Positions 25,401 through 38,408 of a DNA stretch of 64,000 nt are shown piece by piece. Position 1 is the first letter of the stretch; every line of letters begins with the position of its first letter. A program made the translations under genes and the position numbers. This stretch comes from Reclinomonas americana ATCC 50394 (lineage: Eukaryota). The notes under the pieces are model-generated. The model was not told the DNA's origin. It did no database searches and worked only from the letters and a program-made list of their open reading frames with translations. Location of the stretch: the NCBI GenBank assembly GCA_048213135.1, contig PS015097.1, positions 10,679-74,678 of the forward strand. The letters run 5' to 3'.

Positions 25401-26017
25401 CGCCACCGCCACCACAGGAGCTGGTGGAGATGGTGTGCATGGTGGGCGGCTTCACCCCGCAGCAGGCTGCCTACGGCTTGCGTCAGACGGTACCTGTGGT
25501 GTTGACTTTGCGCGTTGCAAGTGACCGCCCTCTTCTCATTGGTGATGCAGAATAACGATGCGGAGCGTGCCATTGACTACCTCTTCAACCACCCGGAGGT
25601 GACTGGCGAGGAGGACCGACAGCAGGAGGCCGGTGGCGAAGCCGAGGGTTAGTGTGGGGCCCTATTTTCCTGACTTTCTTGCCGTCTTGTTGACACTACT
25701 TGTGGCGATCCGCGCAGCTGCACCGGTGCCCGATTTCACTGTTCACCGTGACGGCCCTGGAACGTACCGCCTCAAGGCCTTCATCACCCATCTCGGTCGC
25801 ACTCCCGGCTCCGGTCACTACGTTGCGCACGTGCGACACGACCGTGAGGTTTGTCATTCATTGCTTCTCGTCGCCACGTGTGCCGTTCGTTTTATTACCG
25901 GCCTCACTCCTGTCTCTCCAGGGATGGGTATTCTACAACGACGAGCGTGTGTTGCGCAGCGAAGACACGCCGTCGGGCCTCGCCTACGTGTACGTATACG
26001 AGCGCGTGCACCAGTAA
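22062..26017 (+). CDS. Ubiquitin C-terminal hydrolase of the USP5/USP13/Ubp14 type (ZnF-UBP, USP domain, two UBA domains)
   Basis: VFKDEC, LWLFLQDGYVGCSR...GHAMQH, AVKLGTI, Cys box GLRNIGNSCY, QQDAFEF, two UBA-like segments, His box HLGRTPGSGHYVAH and FYNDERV. Confidence 0.93.
22400..22830. repeat. Long homopyrimidine (CT/CCT/TTC) tract in a USP gene intron
   Basis: About 430 nt consisting almost entirely of C and T on the + strand. Confidence 0.9.
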
Positions 26018-26192
26018 GGGCGGGCGCCGCCAAGCAACAATTTCGAGTGTTGGGCGCGCCGGTGCGCTGGCTGGCAAGCAGGCAGAGTTCCAACGCAACG
26101 CGCAATGAAGAAGAGCGACAGGTGGAGGAGGAGGAGAGAATCTTTTTTCTTGCTGGCCTCTGTCGGGTCATGTCATGTTGTTCCGTGCTCAC

Positions 26193-27392
26193 TCACGCGC
26201 CATCGGGAATCTCGAGCACTGCGTCGTCCAGCGCGTCCACGGCTCTGCATGCAGAGAGGTGAGAAAGCGTGCGTGCTGCTGCTATTCTCGCCGACAGGAA
26301 GCACGCGTTCTTCACCTGCCGGTCACCGCCGAGCCTGAACAGGTGCGCATGTGAGCATTTTTCCTCCCCGTTGTGCGTGTTAGATCGGAAACGCAACTGG
26401 CCCGCCAGCACAAGTCGAACGACCACCTCACGCCCGCCATGGTCGCCACCAGTAGTACGAGGGCAGTGGCTCCCTGCTCGTCCATGGGAGTCTCCAGGAG
26501 GTGTCCGACCGATCGCAGTATCCGCCAAGTGTCTGTAACGAGTCGCCACACCACACCCAGCATCGCCACCAGCGCCAGTCCGCCGAGTAGCGCGCACACT
26601 GGCAGCAGCTGAAGGGAGTAGTCGACGGCGCCCGCGTCCTCGGCAGTCACCGGTGCGGCGTTCACTTGCAGTCGTTCGACGGCCCACAACGACTGCGATG
26701 CTGGTAGCCAGAAAAACGGCGACACGGGCGATGTCGGTGGCGACGGAGCAACATTATTGTGGCACTGTTGCATTCTGCCGACCACCGCGACGCCGCCGGC
26801 GCAGTCGCACCAGCCCAGCACACGCAGCGGCACCGATGCCACCAGCACGAGGGCGAAGAAGGCGCCGACGTCGACAGCCAGCACAATTCGCGTCCAGCGC
26901 GCCTGCAGGAGCGAGTGCGCGTCCATGCGACGCAGGCTGTACTTGAACGAGCAAGTATCGCAGGAAAAGTAGGATCGCCGGTTCGGTGCCGCCATGCGCC
27001 ACATCGCCAGGCACTCGACGTGCACGTACCTGTCACATTCGTTGTTGGTGGTGAGCGAAGAATAGGCGATCCGCTCCGCGAGGGAATCGAATGTTTTTTC
27101 AGTCTGTTGTACGCAACTTTTGCGATCCCGTGCAACGGCACGGCGAGAACAGGTGGCCCTCGTTGGCGTCACCAAAGCAGATGCGGCATTGGGCACCGCG
27201 AGCCAGCAGGCGCCAGCGACGGGATTCCTCGCGCGTGGCTTGAGGACGCGGATCAGGGGTTTGATGGTCGGGCGTGAACAGACGCGTCGGTGCGGCGCCT
27301 GCCACCGATTCCGTGTCACTGGCGTTGTCTGGCGGCTCAACCACCTCGGTCGGCGGCAAAGTGGGATCGGCCGAGTTGCGACGGCGTTGCAT
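26193..27392 (-). CDS. RING-CH (MARCH-type) E3 ligase with C-terminal transmembrane helices
   Basis: CRICFG...LFSPCRCTGSQK|YVHVECL...CDTC (C4HC3), followed by hydrophobic helices. The 3' exons are approximate. Confidence 0.8.
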
Positions 27393-27748
27393 TTGGAGCG
27401 AGAGAAAAAGCAATATCGATCGACGACAAAGGACAACTCGCCGAAAACGATGGAAAATCGATCGGTGGTGTGCGTTGTACGTTATCCTGCTTCGCTTCTG
27501 AATAGCACAGTCGCTTGCTGTCGTCGAACAGCTCGACGTGCAACGTGCTGGTCGAGTTCTGATCGGCGCACGCTGCATTCGATTTCGATCGCGATCGATG
27601 TTAAGCAGTCGCCGAAAACGCCGTGCAAGCGATGATCAACGCTCAGTTCGTGGTGGACAGGTGCTCTGCAGTCGTCCGCCCGCCTGACGACGCGACGTCG
27701 ATCGATATTTGCATGACAGGGACACACAAGGACTTTTTATTGACATCG

Positions 27749-28044
27749 ATGGGCGAGGAGGCCACGGGTGGTTCCCAAATGAAAGTCAACTTGACAAAAG
27801 CCGAAGAGAGTCTGTTTGACATCCTGCTGGCCGTTCGCGATCACTTCAGCCTGGGAACAACACTGCGGTGCGCGCGCAAGAGAGAGAAGAAAGAGTCTAT
27901 TTCTGTCATCTTTGCATGCGTGCTCATTCTGCCTCTCTCTCACACACAACACAGTGTCGCTGGTGGATGGGTGCGCGATAAGGTTAATCTCCACACTTGT
28001 GCACAGAGGGGAAGGGGGAAGCAGGTGTCACTCACTCACACTTG

Positions 28045-28111
<67 letters not shown>

Positions 28112-28420
28112 CACGTCTTCGTTCGGTCGACGACGAGCGATGACTATTGACTANNNNNNNNNNNNNNNNNNNNNNNNNNNNNNNNNNNNNNNNNNNNNNN
28201 NNNNNNNNNNNNNNNNNNNNNNNNNNNNNNNNNNNNNNNNNNNNNNNNNNNNNNNNNNNNNNNNNNNNNNNNNNNNNNNNNNNNNNNNNNNNNNNNNNNN
28301 NNNNNNNNNNNNNNNNNNGGGTTGGGTCGGCCGGACGTAAGGTTAAAGTTAACGTTACCTACCACCTACGTGTCGACACGAGGGAAGGGGAAGGGACGAG
28401 GAGTCGACTCACTCACACTA

Positions 28421-28488
<68 letters not shown>

Positions 28489-30545
28489 CAGCTTCTTGGT
28501 CGCGACAGCGATGACATTGACATTGCCGTGGACAACATGACTGGCCACGAGTACGCACAACGAGTGAACAGCTATTTGGAGTCGCAGCACTTGGAGACAC
28601 ACCGCATTGGTGTGATTCACGCGAACCCAGAAGCGGTACGTGTGTGTGCAAGAGAGAGAGAGAGAGAGAGAGAGTTGTGTGTGTGTGTGCGTGCGTGCGT
28701 GCCAGTCAGTCTGTGTTGTCACTGTGTGTCACGCCCTCATCATTCATTGAGTGCCACCTGTTGTTGTTGTGCATGCAGAGTAAGCACTTGGAGACGGCAA
28801 AGATGAAGGTGTTTGACACGTGGGTCGACTTTGTGCATCTGCGGAGGGAGGCGTACACGGACAGCAGTCGCATTCCGACAGTGGTTTGTGTGTTTTCTCT
28901 TCACTTGACCTTGTGTGCATGTGTGCTCATGGCGAGGTGCAGGAGATTGGCACGCCCCAGGACGATGCTCGACGACGCGATCTCACCATCAACTCGATGT
29001 TTTACAACATTGAGACGCACTGTGTGGAAGACTTTACGGGAAAGGTCTGTTGTTGTTGTTGCTCCTCCTTGTCCATGTGTTGTGCTGCTCACAGCGAGTG
29101 GCACGGGAGGGTAGGGCCAGTCGGATCTGTTGCACAGGATAGCACGCACTCCCGACGATCCGCTCACCACGTTCACCGACGATCCACTGCGTGTGCTGCG
29201 AGCGGTGCGATTCGCTGCTCGCTTTGGATTGCAGCTGGTGCCTGAGCTGGTGGAGGCGGCCATGAATGTCACGGTGCACGAGGCGCTGGCGCACAAGATC
29301 AGTCGCGAGCGCATCGGCCATGAACTGCAACTCATGCTGGAGGGTACGCAGCTCAGCCTTCCCGTGCTATGACTCCTCCTCTGTCTCACACACCTCCAGG
29401 TCCCGACCCTGTGCGCTCACTCATGCTCCTCCGCGATCTCAACCTCATTCCGGTCGTGTTCGCGCTGCCTGACGTGCACAGCGCGTCGGAGGGTGCGTAC
29501 TAACAGCAATGCGCCTCTTTTCACTGCTGCGACTTACAGTTCCTCCTGTGTTGCAGATCCCGCCTTCGATGCCTCGTCGCGGTACCAGCTCGGTCTCGAC
29601 AGCGTCCCGCACGCCCCTTTTTTCCTCATCGAATTCGGGATTACAGGTAGCTGCCTCGCGTCGCTTGTCGTGATCAGCGACCACTGACTCCTTCACGCAC
29701 ACACAGGCAAGCAAGCGATTCGTCTCTTTTACCTGTCGCTCTTGCTTGCCGAGTTTTGCGATGTGACATACGAGTACAAGAGGAGGCCGGAGTCGGTCGT
29801 GTTGTATGTGATGCGCGAGTCACTGAAGGCGAGTGGCGACGACCTCTTTCTCATGCACCACGGTGTTCTCACAGTGTTACGCACACGCAGTTATCCTACG
29901 ACGACATGCGTAAGGTGGCGTACATTATCAAGGACCACAAGACGTTTGACGATCTCGTGCACCACCCTGAGGGCTTTGATCGGCGACTTGTTGGTGCGTT
30001 GGTTCTTTGGGAGGAGGGAGGATGAGGAGGAGGAGGAGAAGAATGTCTTGCCAATCGTCCACCCCTCGCAGGAAGTCTGATGCGCGAGATTGGTCGGTCA
30101 TGGCTCGACTCGGTCGGCATCTCACTTTGCAAGAGAATGGCGGAAGGTTGGTGATGTATTCTGCGAAAACCCCATTGTGTGACGAGGCATTGACGCAGTA
30201 GTGCACGCAGAGTCCGACCCAAGAAAGCTCCAATCGTTGGTGCAGCTGTACGCTGAATTTGTTCGTAGTGTGAACAAATCGGGCCTGAAAGGCGTGTGGG
30301 ATATGCGCCCACTTGTCGACGTTGCGCTGCTGGATGTTCTTCGGAGGGGAGACTTCTGACACTCACGCACCTTTCACGCCTCACAGGGCAAGGAGATTGT
30401 GCGCATCACTGGCTCCAAAGCAGGTCCACACGTGGGCAAGCTGACAGCGGAGCTCATCCAGGAGCAGATTGGACGCCCCGGCATGACCGTGGACGACGCC
30501 GCAGAATTCGTCGTGGCCGCATACGCTCGCATGCAAGCTAAATGA
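27749..30545 (+). CDS. CCA1: Class II tRNA nucleotidyltransferase (CCA-adding enzyme); start codon uncertain
   Basis: RVAGGWVRDKLLG..SDDIDIA, SKHLETA, VDFVHLRREAYTDSSRIP, RRDLTINSMFY, DDPLRVLRAVRFAAR and KISRERIG. Includes one GC-AG intron. Confidence 0.92.
28046..28486. repeat. (CA)n microsatellite, present twice around a gap
   Basis: About 30 CA units at ~28046-28108 and again at ~28423-28486. Confidence 0.85.
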
Positions 30546-30746
30546 ACAGAGCAATCCAGTGAGTTTGACGAACAGGGTTGTTGGTGGAACTGACTAGACT
30601 GTAGATCCAATCGTATCTCATCTCTGCCGTGATTGCTGTGCGCTCGTTGTTCGCCTGCGTGTGTGTGTGAGGGAGAGAGAGAGAGAGCACACACTGCCTC
30701 CACGCCTGCACATTGACGAGGAGGACGTGTTGTGCAAGAGAAGAAG

Positions 30747-32325
30747 ATGGGAGCACACGATCAACTCGTGTGCGACGATGGAATGATCGCTGTCGATGTG
30801 ATCGCTGGCATCATGGCTGCATGTTGAGTGCATGCCAACCTCGCCTCTCTCTCACACACTCACACACTCACACACACACTCAATTTCTCCGTCACAGTGT
30901 CGCTGGTGGCGCTGGTGTATCATCAAGTGTGGGCAAGACCCGATTCGTTGCGCCTTTAGTCTCTCTCTTTCTGTGCACTCTCTTGCTTCTCTCTCTTACA
31001 TGTTGCATGCACAGTCGACTGGCATCGTCGGATGAGAAGGCGGCATTCTGGGTCAATCAAGCCATTCGCGCGCTTGCTATTGTGCATGGCGTTGCGTCTG
31101 CTTTTTCTTTCCTCTCTTTGTCTGTGCTTGTCTTCTTCTTCTTCTTACCTCTGGGCACGCAGGTGTGCTTGATTCTGTGGTCGCGGACACCCGGTGGACC
31201 CTGCTCCGACGAGTCAATCACCAGTGTGGCCTCGGTGCTCGTCAGCGTCGCCTCTCAGCTCGTCTTCTTTCTTCTCATGTTCCTGTGGTATGCCTCTACG
31301 CCTTGTCGCCACTTGTTGTTGTTTTTGTGGTTGCTCATGCGGGGGGTGTGCAGGCTCAGAGTGTATCATGCGTGCACGCAGCGGAATTGGGGCGCTGTGG
31401 TGACCATGTCGGTCTTGTTCTCTGCTCTGCTGGTGGCCATTGTGATCATGTTTAGCCTGGTGGAGGCGTCGTGCACGAGTTGCGTTCACGGTGTGCATGC
31501 TTTCATGCTGCCTTGTTTACACTCTCTTTCCTACGCAGCTGTGCGAGCGCAACGCACGCTATGTCACACCGAGCTGGTGGTGTTCACGGTGTGCGAGTTT
31601 GCGCTGGTGCTGTCGCAGCTCGCACTCGGCATCATTGTGCTGCGCACGGTGTACGTGGCCAATGCCAAGTTCCACAATCCCAGTCTGCGTGGCTATCTCA
31701 TCAGGGTCTGCAACAACAACAACAAGTCGCCGCTTCTCGCGCATGCGTCACACTCACACCCACACACGCACGCTTCTTTGCGCGCACAGATCGCCGTCGT
31801 CAGCGGCTTCTTTTTCGTCGACTCGGTGTACTACATTGCAAATGCGGTGGCCTTTGTGTTTGGCACGTCGTGGGCCTTTGACCGCATCAACGAGCTCGTC
31901 TACAACATCCTCGATGTCACCGCCATCTGCGTCACCATTGGCGTCATGTTCTCGCCACCAATCAAGCGCACCGATTACAGTCGGAAAAACCGACAACTGC
32001 GCGAGGTTGCGTCAGGGAAAGCGCTCCATGCCTTTTCCTCCCTCTCTACTTGCTCTCACTTTGCGCGCAGCTCACGGCACGGTTACACGTGGACCAAGAC
32101 CTATCGATGAACTCGGACTACATGGGCTCGTGGATCCCTCCGACGCACCCGGGCGCCATGAGCGCCGCCTCACACAACAGCGGCACCGCGCGGCTCATTG
32201 GCTCCTCCATATCCGACCGCGAATCGGTCATCTTTGGCCGCCTTCCGTCCACGCAGTTGGGCGATGGTGCCTCCATGTCAAGCGCAAGTCAAATATCAAT
32301 CCCGCCAGTGGAGAGACTAAAATGA
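30747..32325 (+). CDS. Seven-transmembrane protein (GPCR-like; possibly THH1/TOM1/GPR137-like)
   Basis: The spliced product has seven hydrophobic segments, a short N-terminus and a Ser-rich cytoplasmic tail. Seven introns restore the frame. The family assignment is tentative. Confidence 0.7.
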
Positions 32326-32483
32326 AGAAGTACAAATTGCGACGATTGAGGATTGCTCGCATCGTCAAAGACAGAGTGAGGCAGAGAGACGCAGGGAGTG
32401 CTTGTCTGTGTGTGTGTATACGAGAGTGTGAGTTTGTGTGTCGCTCTGTGGTTGTGTGTGTGTAAGTGTGTGAGTGAGTGGGC

Positions 32484-32805
32484 ATGTCGCGTCCTTTGCC
32501 TCTGATGGCGGTGGCGCCCAAGCGCACGGAGAAAATGGATCTCAAGACGCCTCTGCTCAAGTACGCTGCCAAGAGCTATGGCAAACAGCAAGTTGCGCTG
32601 ATCTCTCTCTCACGTACACACACACACAGTGATTTGTGACACTTCCTCTTCTTGTCTCTCTCTCTCTTGTGTGTGTGTTTGTGAAGGCCGATGAGCATGC
32701 CGAGGCCTTCCAGAACCTCGATCAGCTGCGCGAAGAGGTGCGACTGATGGATGACTCGCGGCCGGCCAGTCGCGAGTTGTTGACCAAGTTGAGTGCGAAG
32801 AGGAG

Positions 32806-32843
<38 letters not shown>

Positions 32844-35800
32844 ATGAAAGAGCAGCTTGTGTGTGTGTGTATGTGTGTGTATGTGTGTGTGTGTGTGCCT
32901 GAGCGATCACTGACGATTCTTCCTCTTCAGATACTTGGCCGTGTTGCACTTCCTGGAGCAGCACTTTCCACTGACTTCGTGTCGCGAGGTGAGATCTGTT
33001 GGGCGCATCACGCACGTGCACGCTTGTGCTGAGGCTGTGTATGCACAGGTCGATGTTCAATTTGTGTGGAAGGATCCGTACAAGTTCAAGAGCACCAGTT
33101 GCGTTTCTCGTGTGTGATTCTTGCGCGCTGGTTTGTTGACTGTCGCGTAGAGCAACGATCGTTTGCGCTGGAGAGACTGGCTGTTGTGTTCAATCTGGGC
33201 GCGGTCAGCTCGGTGTTGGCACGGGCGGTGAATCGGGCCTCGGAGGATGGATTGAAGCTGGCGATCAAGTATCTGCTGGAGGCGGCCTCGTATTTTAAGA
33301 TGGCCAATGAGACGCTGCGTCCGCTGCTGATGGAGCGTGCCGGCCCCGACTTGTCGGCCGAGTTTTTGGAGAGTTGCGTGCACGGATGTACTCGGCGTGC
33401 TCCCTCCCCCACCACCACACGCTCACCTTCCATTGTCAATAGTGGCCATGTACATGATGCAAGCGCAGGCGCAGCAGTGCTTCTTTGAGCAAGCTCTGGT
33501 GAAGCACATGTCGACCTCGTCGGTCAGCAAACTCGGCACGGCCACGTGCCAGTTGTACGGACGGGCACTAGATGCCTGGTTCCGTGCGGGTCCGGCACAG
33601 GAGATGTGTGGCAAGCCTTTTGGCGCATACCTCCAGTTCCGCACCTACTACTGTGAAGCCGTGGTGCACTATTACCTCGGCAAGGAGGCGCACACGGCAC
33701 AGGAGTGCGGCGAAGCTGTCGGGCGATTCGGGGTGCGATATCGCAACGCTCTCCTCTCGTTGTGCTTCGGCTGCACCTGAATCCATTTCAATTCCTGCGC
33801 AGCTGTCTCTCGGCTACGTGGACCACTGCCTCGGCCTGAAAGATGCCGACCGTGTGTATCTCGAAGCGGTCGGCGACTTCCAGCGGGTGGCCTACGCCGA
33901 GTACTCGGCTGCGCGCAAGGACAACGAGACCATTTATTTCAAGTCGGTACCAAAGCCGGATGCACTGCCGTTGCCGGAGGCCAAAGACATGACCAAGGTG
34001 CCCCGTCACCCACCCGTGCTTTGTGTATTGCAGCAGTATGCCATGCTCACCCCTCTGTGACCCCCAGTTGCCGGTCATTCCGTCGTTTATCGAGGAGAGC
34101 AAGATCACCGACTGGTTTGCGGCGTTTGTGCCGGTGCACGTATTAGAGGCGTCGGAGCGATTCGTGGTTGCGTGCTTCCTGCTGCGCCCTATCTCGATAC
34201 GAGGGTGTGCATCACACTCAGTGCCGTTCGTGCAGGGATTCATGACGGAGATGGCCGCCGCCATACAATGGGATCACCAGAGCCGGGAGCAGCAGAGCTG
34301 TGAGTTGCGTGCGATGACCACCATTGCTTCTTCCCCCCTGATCCTCGGTTGTTCCCTCACGCGCACGGTCCCTCGAGCAGCAAGCTGGCGCAGTATCAGC
34401 TGCCGGGTTGCTTGGCATCGGCTCTTGAATCCGAGTCGCCCGTGCCGCCGTCACTCATTCAGTGTGTCACGGAGGCGCAGCGGGAGGTATGCGGAAAACC
34501 CCCAGTGTTCGATATTTTAGTGCATCTGTGCGTGGTGGTTGACGGCGGCGGTGCAGGGTGGACTCGGATCGCTGCACTCCAAGGACACACTCATTCAGGA
34601 GCTGTCGCGCGAGTGCGCCAGCCTTGGTGATGCGATTGACAGCGAACTACGGGCCGAGGAGGACGAAGATTGCGCCGCGCGCAGCCAGTTTGGCGACAAG
34701 TGGACACGTGTTTCGTCGCCCGAGGACAACGCCAGCCTGCGCAGTAAGCTGCAGGATTTCCGGTTCAAAGTGAGGCGCGGTGTCGAGGTGAACCAGGCGT
34801 GTCAGGTGGAACTGGAGAGACACGCAGCGGCCATTGCTCAGCTGGACATGCCCATCAGCGACATTGCCAAGCGAGTGGAGGAGTTGCATCGGGGTGACCC
34901 GAGCAAGAGCTCCGCTTCAGACGTTGCGTGCTGCACGTACTTTTGTGCATGGTCTCACAGTCGTACTCATTTGCGTGTGTGTTTTTTCGCCCCCGGTGCA
35001 GAAGGTGCGCGAGCTGGCCACTTCGATTCGGCAGCTGCTGGACGAACGGGAGGCCGTGGCGAAGGAACGAACCGAGTTGAGTCAACGCGTCACTGGATGG
35101 CGAGAACAGTATCCTCTGTTCAAGCGCCGATTCTGCCTGCGTGTGATGCGAGCTGGCGAGGCGAATATGCACGACGTAGATGCCTCCGAGCGACAGCAGG
35201 TGCAGGAGCGCAAGGATCAGATGGCCGCCCTGTGTGCGCAGGAGGAGGCCAAGTGGAAGGAGATTGAGAGTGCGCTGGACGAGTTCCGCCAGCTGCAACA
35301 AATCAATCCGGTTTCAAGTCAGCAGCAGCAGGTGGTGGACTCTTTCTTCAATGCAGCACAGCTCTTCAAACAGCTGGCATCACACTTGCAGTCGGTGTGT
35401 ACCACTCGCTTCGTGTTGATTTGTCGAAGTTTTCAGTTTGTGTGTGACCACTGTGGCTGCGTGCATCAACAGGGTGTCCAGTTCTTCAGCAGCCTGCAAG
35501 AGGCCCTGAAGAACCACTTGCTTGACGTGCAGGGCCACGTGCTCGCCCGTCGCCTGGAGGCACGCGATGTCATGGAGTTGAGTGCCACGTCTTGCTGCTC
35601 GAAAATTGTCTGTTGCTGTGGTGGTGGTCATTGACAGTCGAGTGCACAGGACGTTGCGTGAGGAAATGGCCGAGATTCGCCGCCTTGGCGAAGAGTACAA
35701 CCATCGGCCAACCGCCGACGCGTACCTGTCTTCAGTTGGCGCGCCCTGTTGCGTCTGCCGTGCACGAATTGCGTGATCTGAAAAGTGCGGATCTGATCTA

Positions 35801-36471
35801 TGTACAATGCAGCTGGAGCGGGCGGCAGTCGACAGCTGACATTTACCTCGTCTGGGCCCTACGGCTCTCCTCTGCCGTCACCACCGCCACCACCTCCGTA
35901 CATGGCGAGCTCGCCACCAGCATATCAGCCGGCCAAGGAGTTCCCCGCCGCAACTGCTGCTGCTGCTGCCTCCGTGTATGCGGGCGCATCATCGCAGGCT
36001 TACCACTCGGCGCCGCCACCACCGCAAGCCCCGTCATACGCACACTATCCGGTACCGACATACGCTCCAGCGCCACCACAAGCCACGTACGCACCAGCAG
36101 CGCCCCCTCCACCTCCCGCGTATTCCTCATCGGCGCCCCTGGCCTACGCCGGAGGCGCAACACCAGCGTACTCGTCGGATGGAGTTGCGTACTCACACCC
36201 TCCTCCTCCACTTTCCACACCGACGAACCACCACGCTCACGTTGTTGCACCTCTCCTCTTCTCCACAGATGCGACCTCCAGTGAGCACGTATGCGGTTAG
36301 CGTCCCATCAGCGGTTCGTACAAGAAAGCGATGCTCATCGTTGTTTACCCGCGCTGCCGCTCATTGTCTGTTTCCTGTGCGCAGTCCTCAGGGCTACCTC
36401 CACAGTATCTTCCACCTCCGCCTGTGGCCGGCGGCGGCGGCATGCCGCCACCACCGCCGTACCAGCCCTAG
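32484..36471 (+). CDS. BRO1/ALIX-family ESCRT adaptor (Bro1 domain, V domain, Pro-rich tail)
   Basis: FVWKD, LERLAVVFNLGA, GLKLA...AASYF, AQAQQCF, GEAVGR, ARKDNETIY, EEDEDCAARSQFGDKWTR and a C-terminus rich in PPxY motifs. Confidence 0.9.
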
Positions 36472-36502
36472 GCTGTCTCGTCTGCGAGCTCGATTAATAT
36501 GT

Positions 36503-36535
<33 letters not shown>

Positions 36536-36612
36536 ACAACAACACAACAAGAGAAAATGAAGAGACTGTTTCGGTGTTTGCGAGGGGACCAAAAAAAGAA
36601 TAGCTGCGTGTT

Positions 36613-38376
36613 TTACATACACAATGTACACGTCAACATAAAAGACACCAGGCGTGTCACCTCTTCCATGGTGGTTGTACTGTGCACACACAAACACGAC
36701 GTGAGCAGAGTGAATAACTTGCTGACCTGGGGGCCAAACCAACCAAAGGACTTGCCGGGAGTGGTAGAGTTTCGACGACCTCGTGACAGCGCCGGTGACA
36801 TGGGTGAGGCCATGACGGCCGGCGTAACAGGAGCTTCACCTCGTCCTGATCGTGATCGTGCCGAAGAGCTTGCTGTTGGACCGTAGGCGCGTGAAGGTTC
36901 CACACCGTAGCTGCGATCAATGGGCGTGTACTGCATTCGGGCGCTGGTGTCGTGCAGTGGTTGGGGAGTGCGTGGGCCTGGTTGCGGCGGCGATCTGCTC
37001 TCGACACACGTATGAGTGAGTGTGTGCGCTCTTCGGCAACGGCCGCCGACTCCAAACCTGTCGTGCATCGACGAGTAGCCTGCCAATGGCGGCACCGGTG
37101 AGGCTCGTTCGACAGGAGCGGAGGGTGACGGCGCTCGCCAGCCCTTGAACGCCGGCAACATCACGTCCGACAGGCTGAGATAACTCGCTTTCGACATGAT
37201 GGCCTTTTGTTGCGGAGACGGTAGCCGATTCGCAGCGCCTCCGTTGGCTGCACCACCACCGCTACGCGACTGCTGACTCGCACCACTGCGTGGACTCCGT
37301 GGACTTCGCGTGCTGCGCGGACTCGCTGGACTCCGCGGACTATCCTTGTGTGGCACCTGGCTCAAGGAGGCCTCGGTGGCCATCACACCATCTGCAGATC
37401 AGAGGCAATAAGACAACAGAGTGAAAATCACAAAGAGGTGAACTGCACTACCAACCTCGTGAAGGAGGCGAGCGACCATTCGACGCGTCACCTGCGTTGT
37501 CAAGTGAGAGGTTGGAAACGGTGACAGAAGATGAAGAGTTTTGATAAACATGCCTGCACTGCGTGGTGGCCTCGCGGCCGACTGTGCGCCTCGACTACGC
37601 TCCGGCTCTGCACACGGTCAGAGTAAGAAAAGTCACACAGTGAACGACACTGTGGCAAGAGACGGGGTACCTCCTGAGGCAGAGCGCGCGTTCCCACCGG
37701 CACCGGCACCACCCATCGCCGACAGATCCATACTACGTAGCATGCTCTTAAGATACTCGGGCGTGATGTCCTCAACGCTCCGAATACCGCCGCGTCCACC
37801 TACGCAAACTCATGCAGTCAGATGCACAGATCGGAAGTAACAGACACGAGTGAACACACGCACCTCCATTTGCCATCCCACCGGCAAGGTGTGCCGACAA
37901 CATCTCTCGCAACTCGTTCTGCACCGCACACGGTTGGCACGCAAGCAAACTATGCAACGCTCTCGCGTCCACGGCTCACCTCAGGAGTCGGCTCCGGTCC
38001 GTCCTCTGTGTCCGTAGCCGTCCGGCCGGCGCCACGACCAGCCGAGGCAGCCGGTGGGAGCGACGATCCATCTCTGGTCGATCCTTGACCTGGCAAGCGT
38101 GCGTGCGGTGGAGGTTGCTGTTGTTGTTGTTGCTGCTGCTGCTGCTGTTGTTGTTGTTGTTGTTGCTCCCATCTCCGCACTTCACGCTCGTACGAGCGCA
38201 CCAGAGGATCGACTGCATCTCGACGGCGTGTTCCACCGAGACGGCGTGTTCCACCGAGACTGTCGTCGGACGACAGCGCTGCTACGAAGCGACGTGGAGC
38301 TTTCAGCAACGCAACACGACATGCAGGTAGAGCGGCGACGCAGAAACGCAACGATCATCAGCCGGAGTAAAGTTAC

Positions 38377-38408
<32 letters not shown>

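Noticed and set aside
27960-28520. Apparent tandem duplication of an exon end, intron and (CA)n tract inside CCA1
   Set aside because: The sequences flanking the gap are indel-riddled copies of the good sequence on the other side. This is typical of low-quality read ends in overlapping contigs, so it is an assembly artefact.
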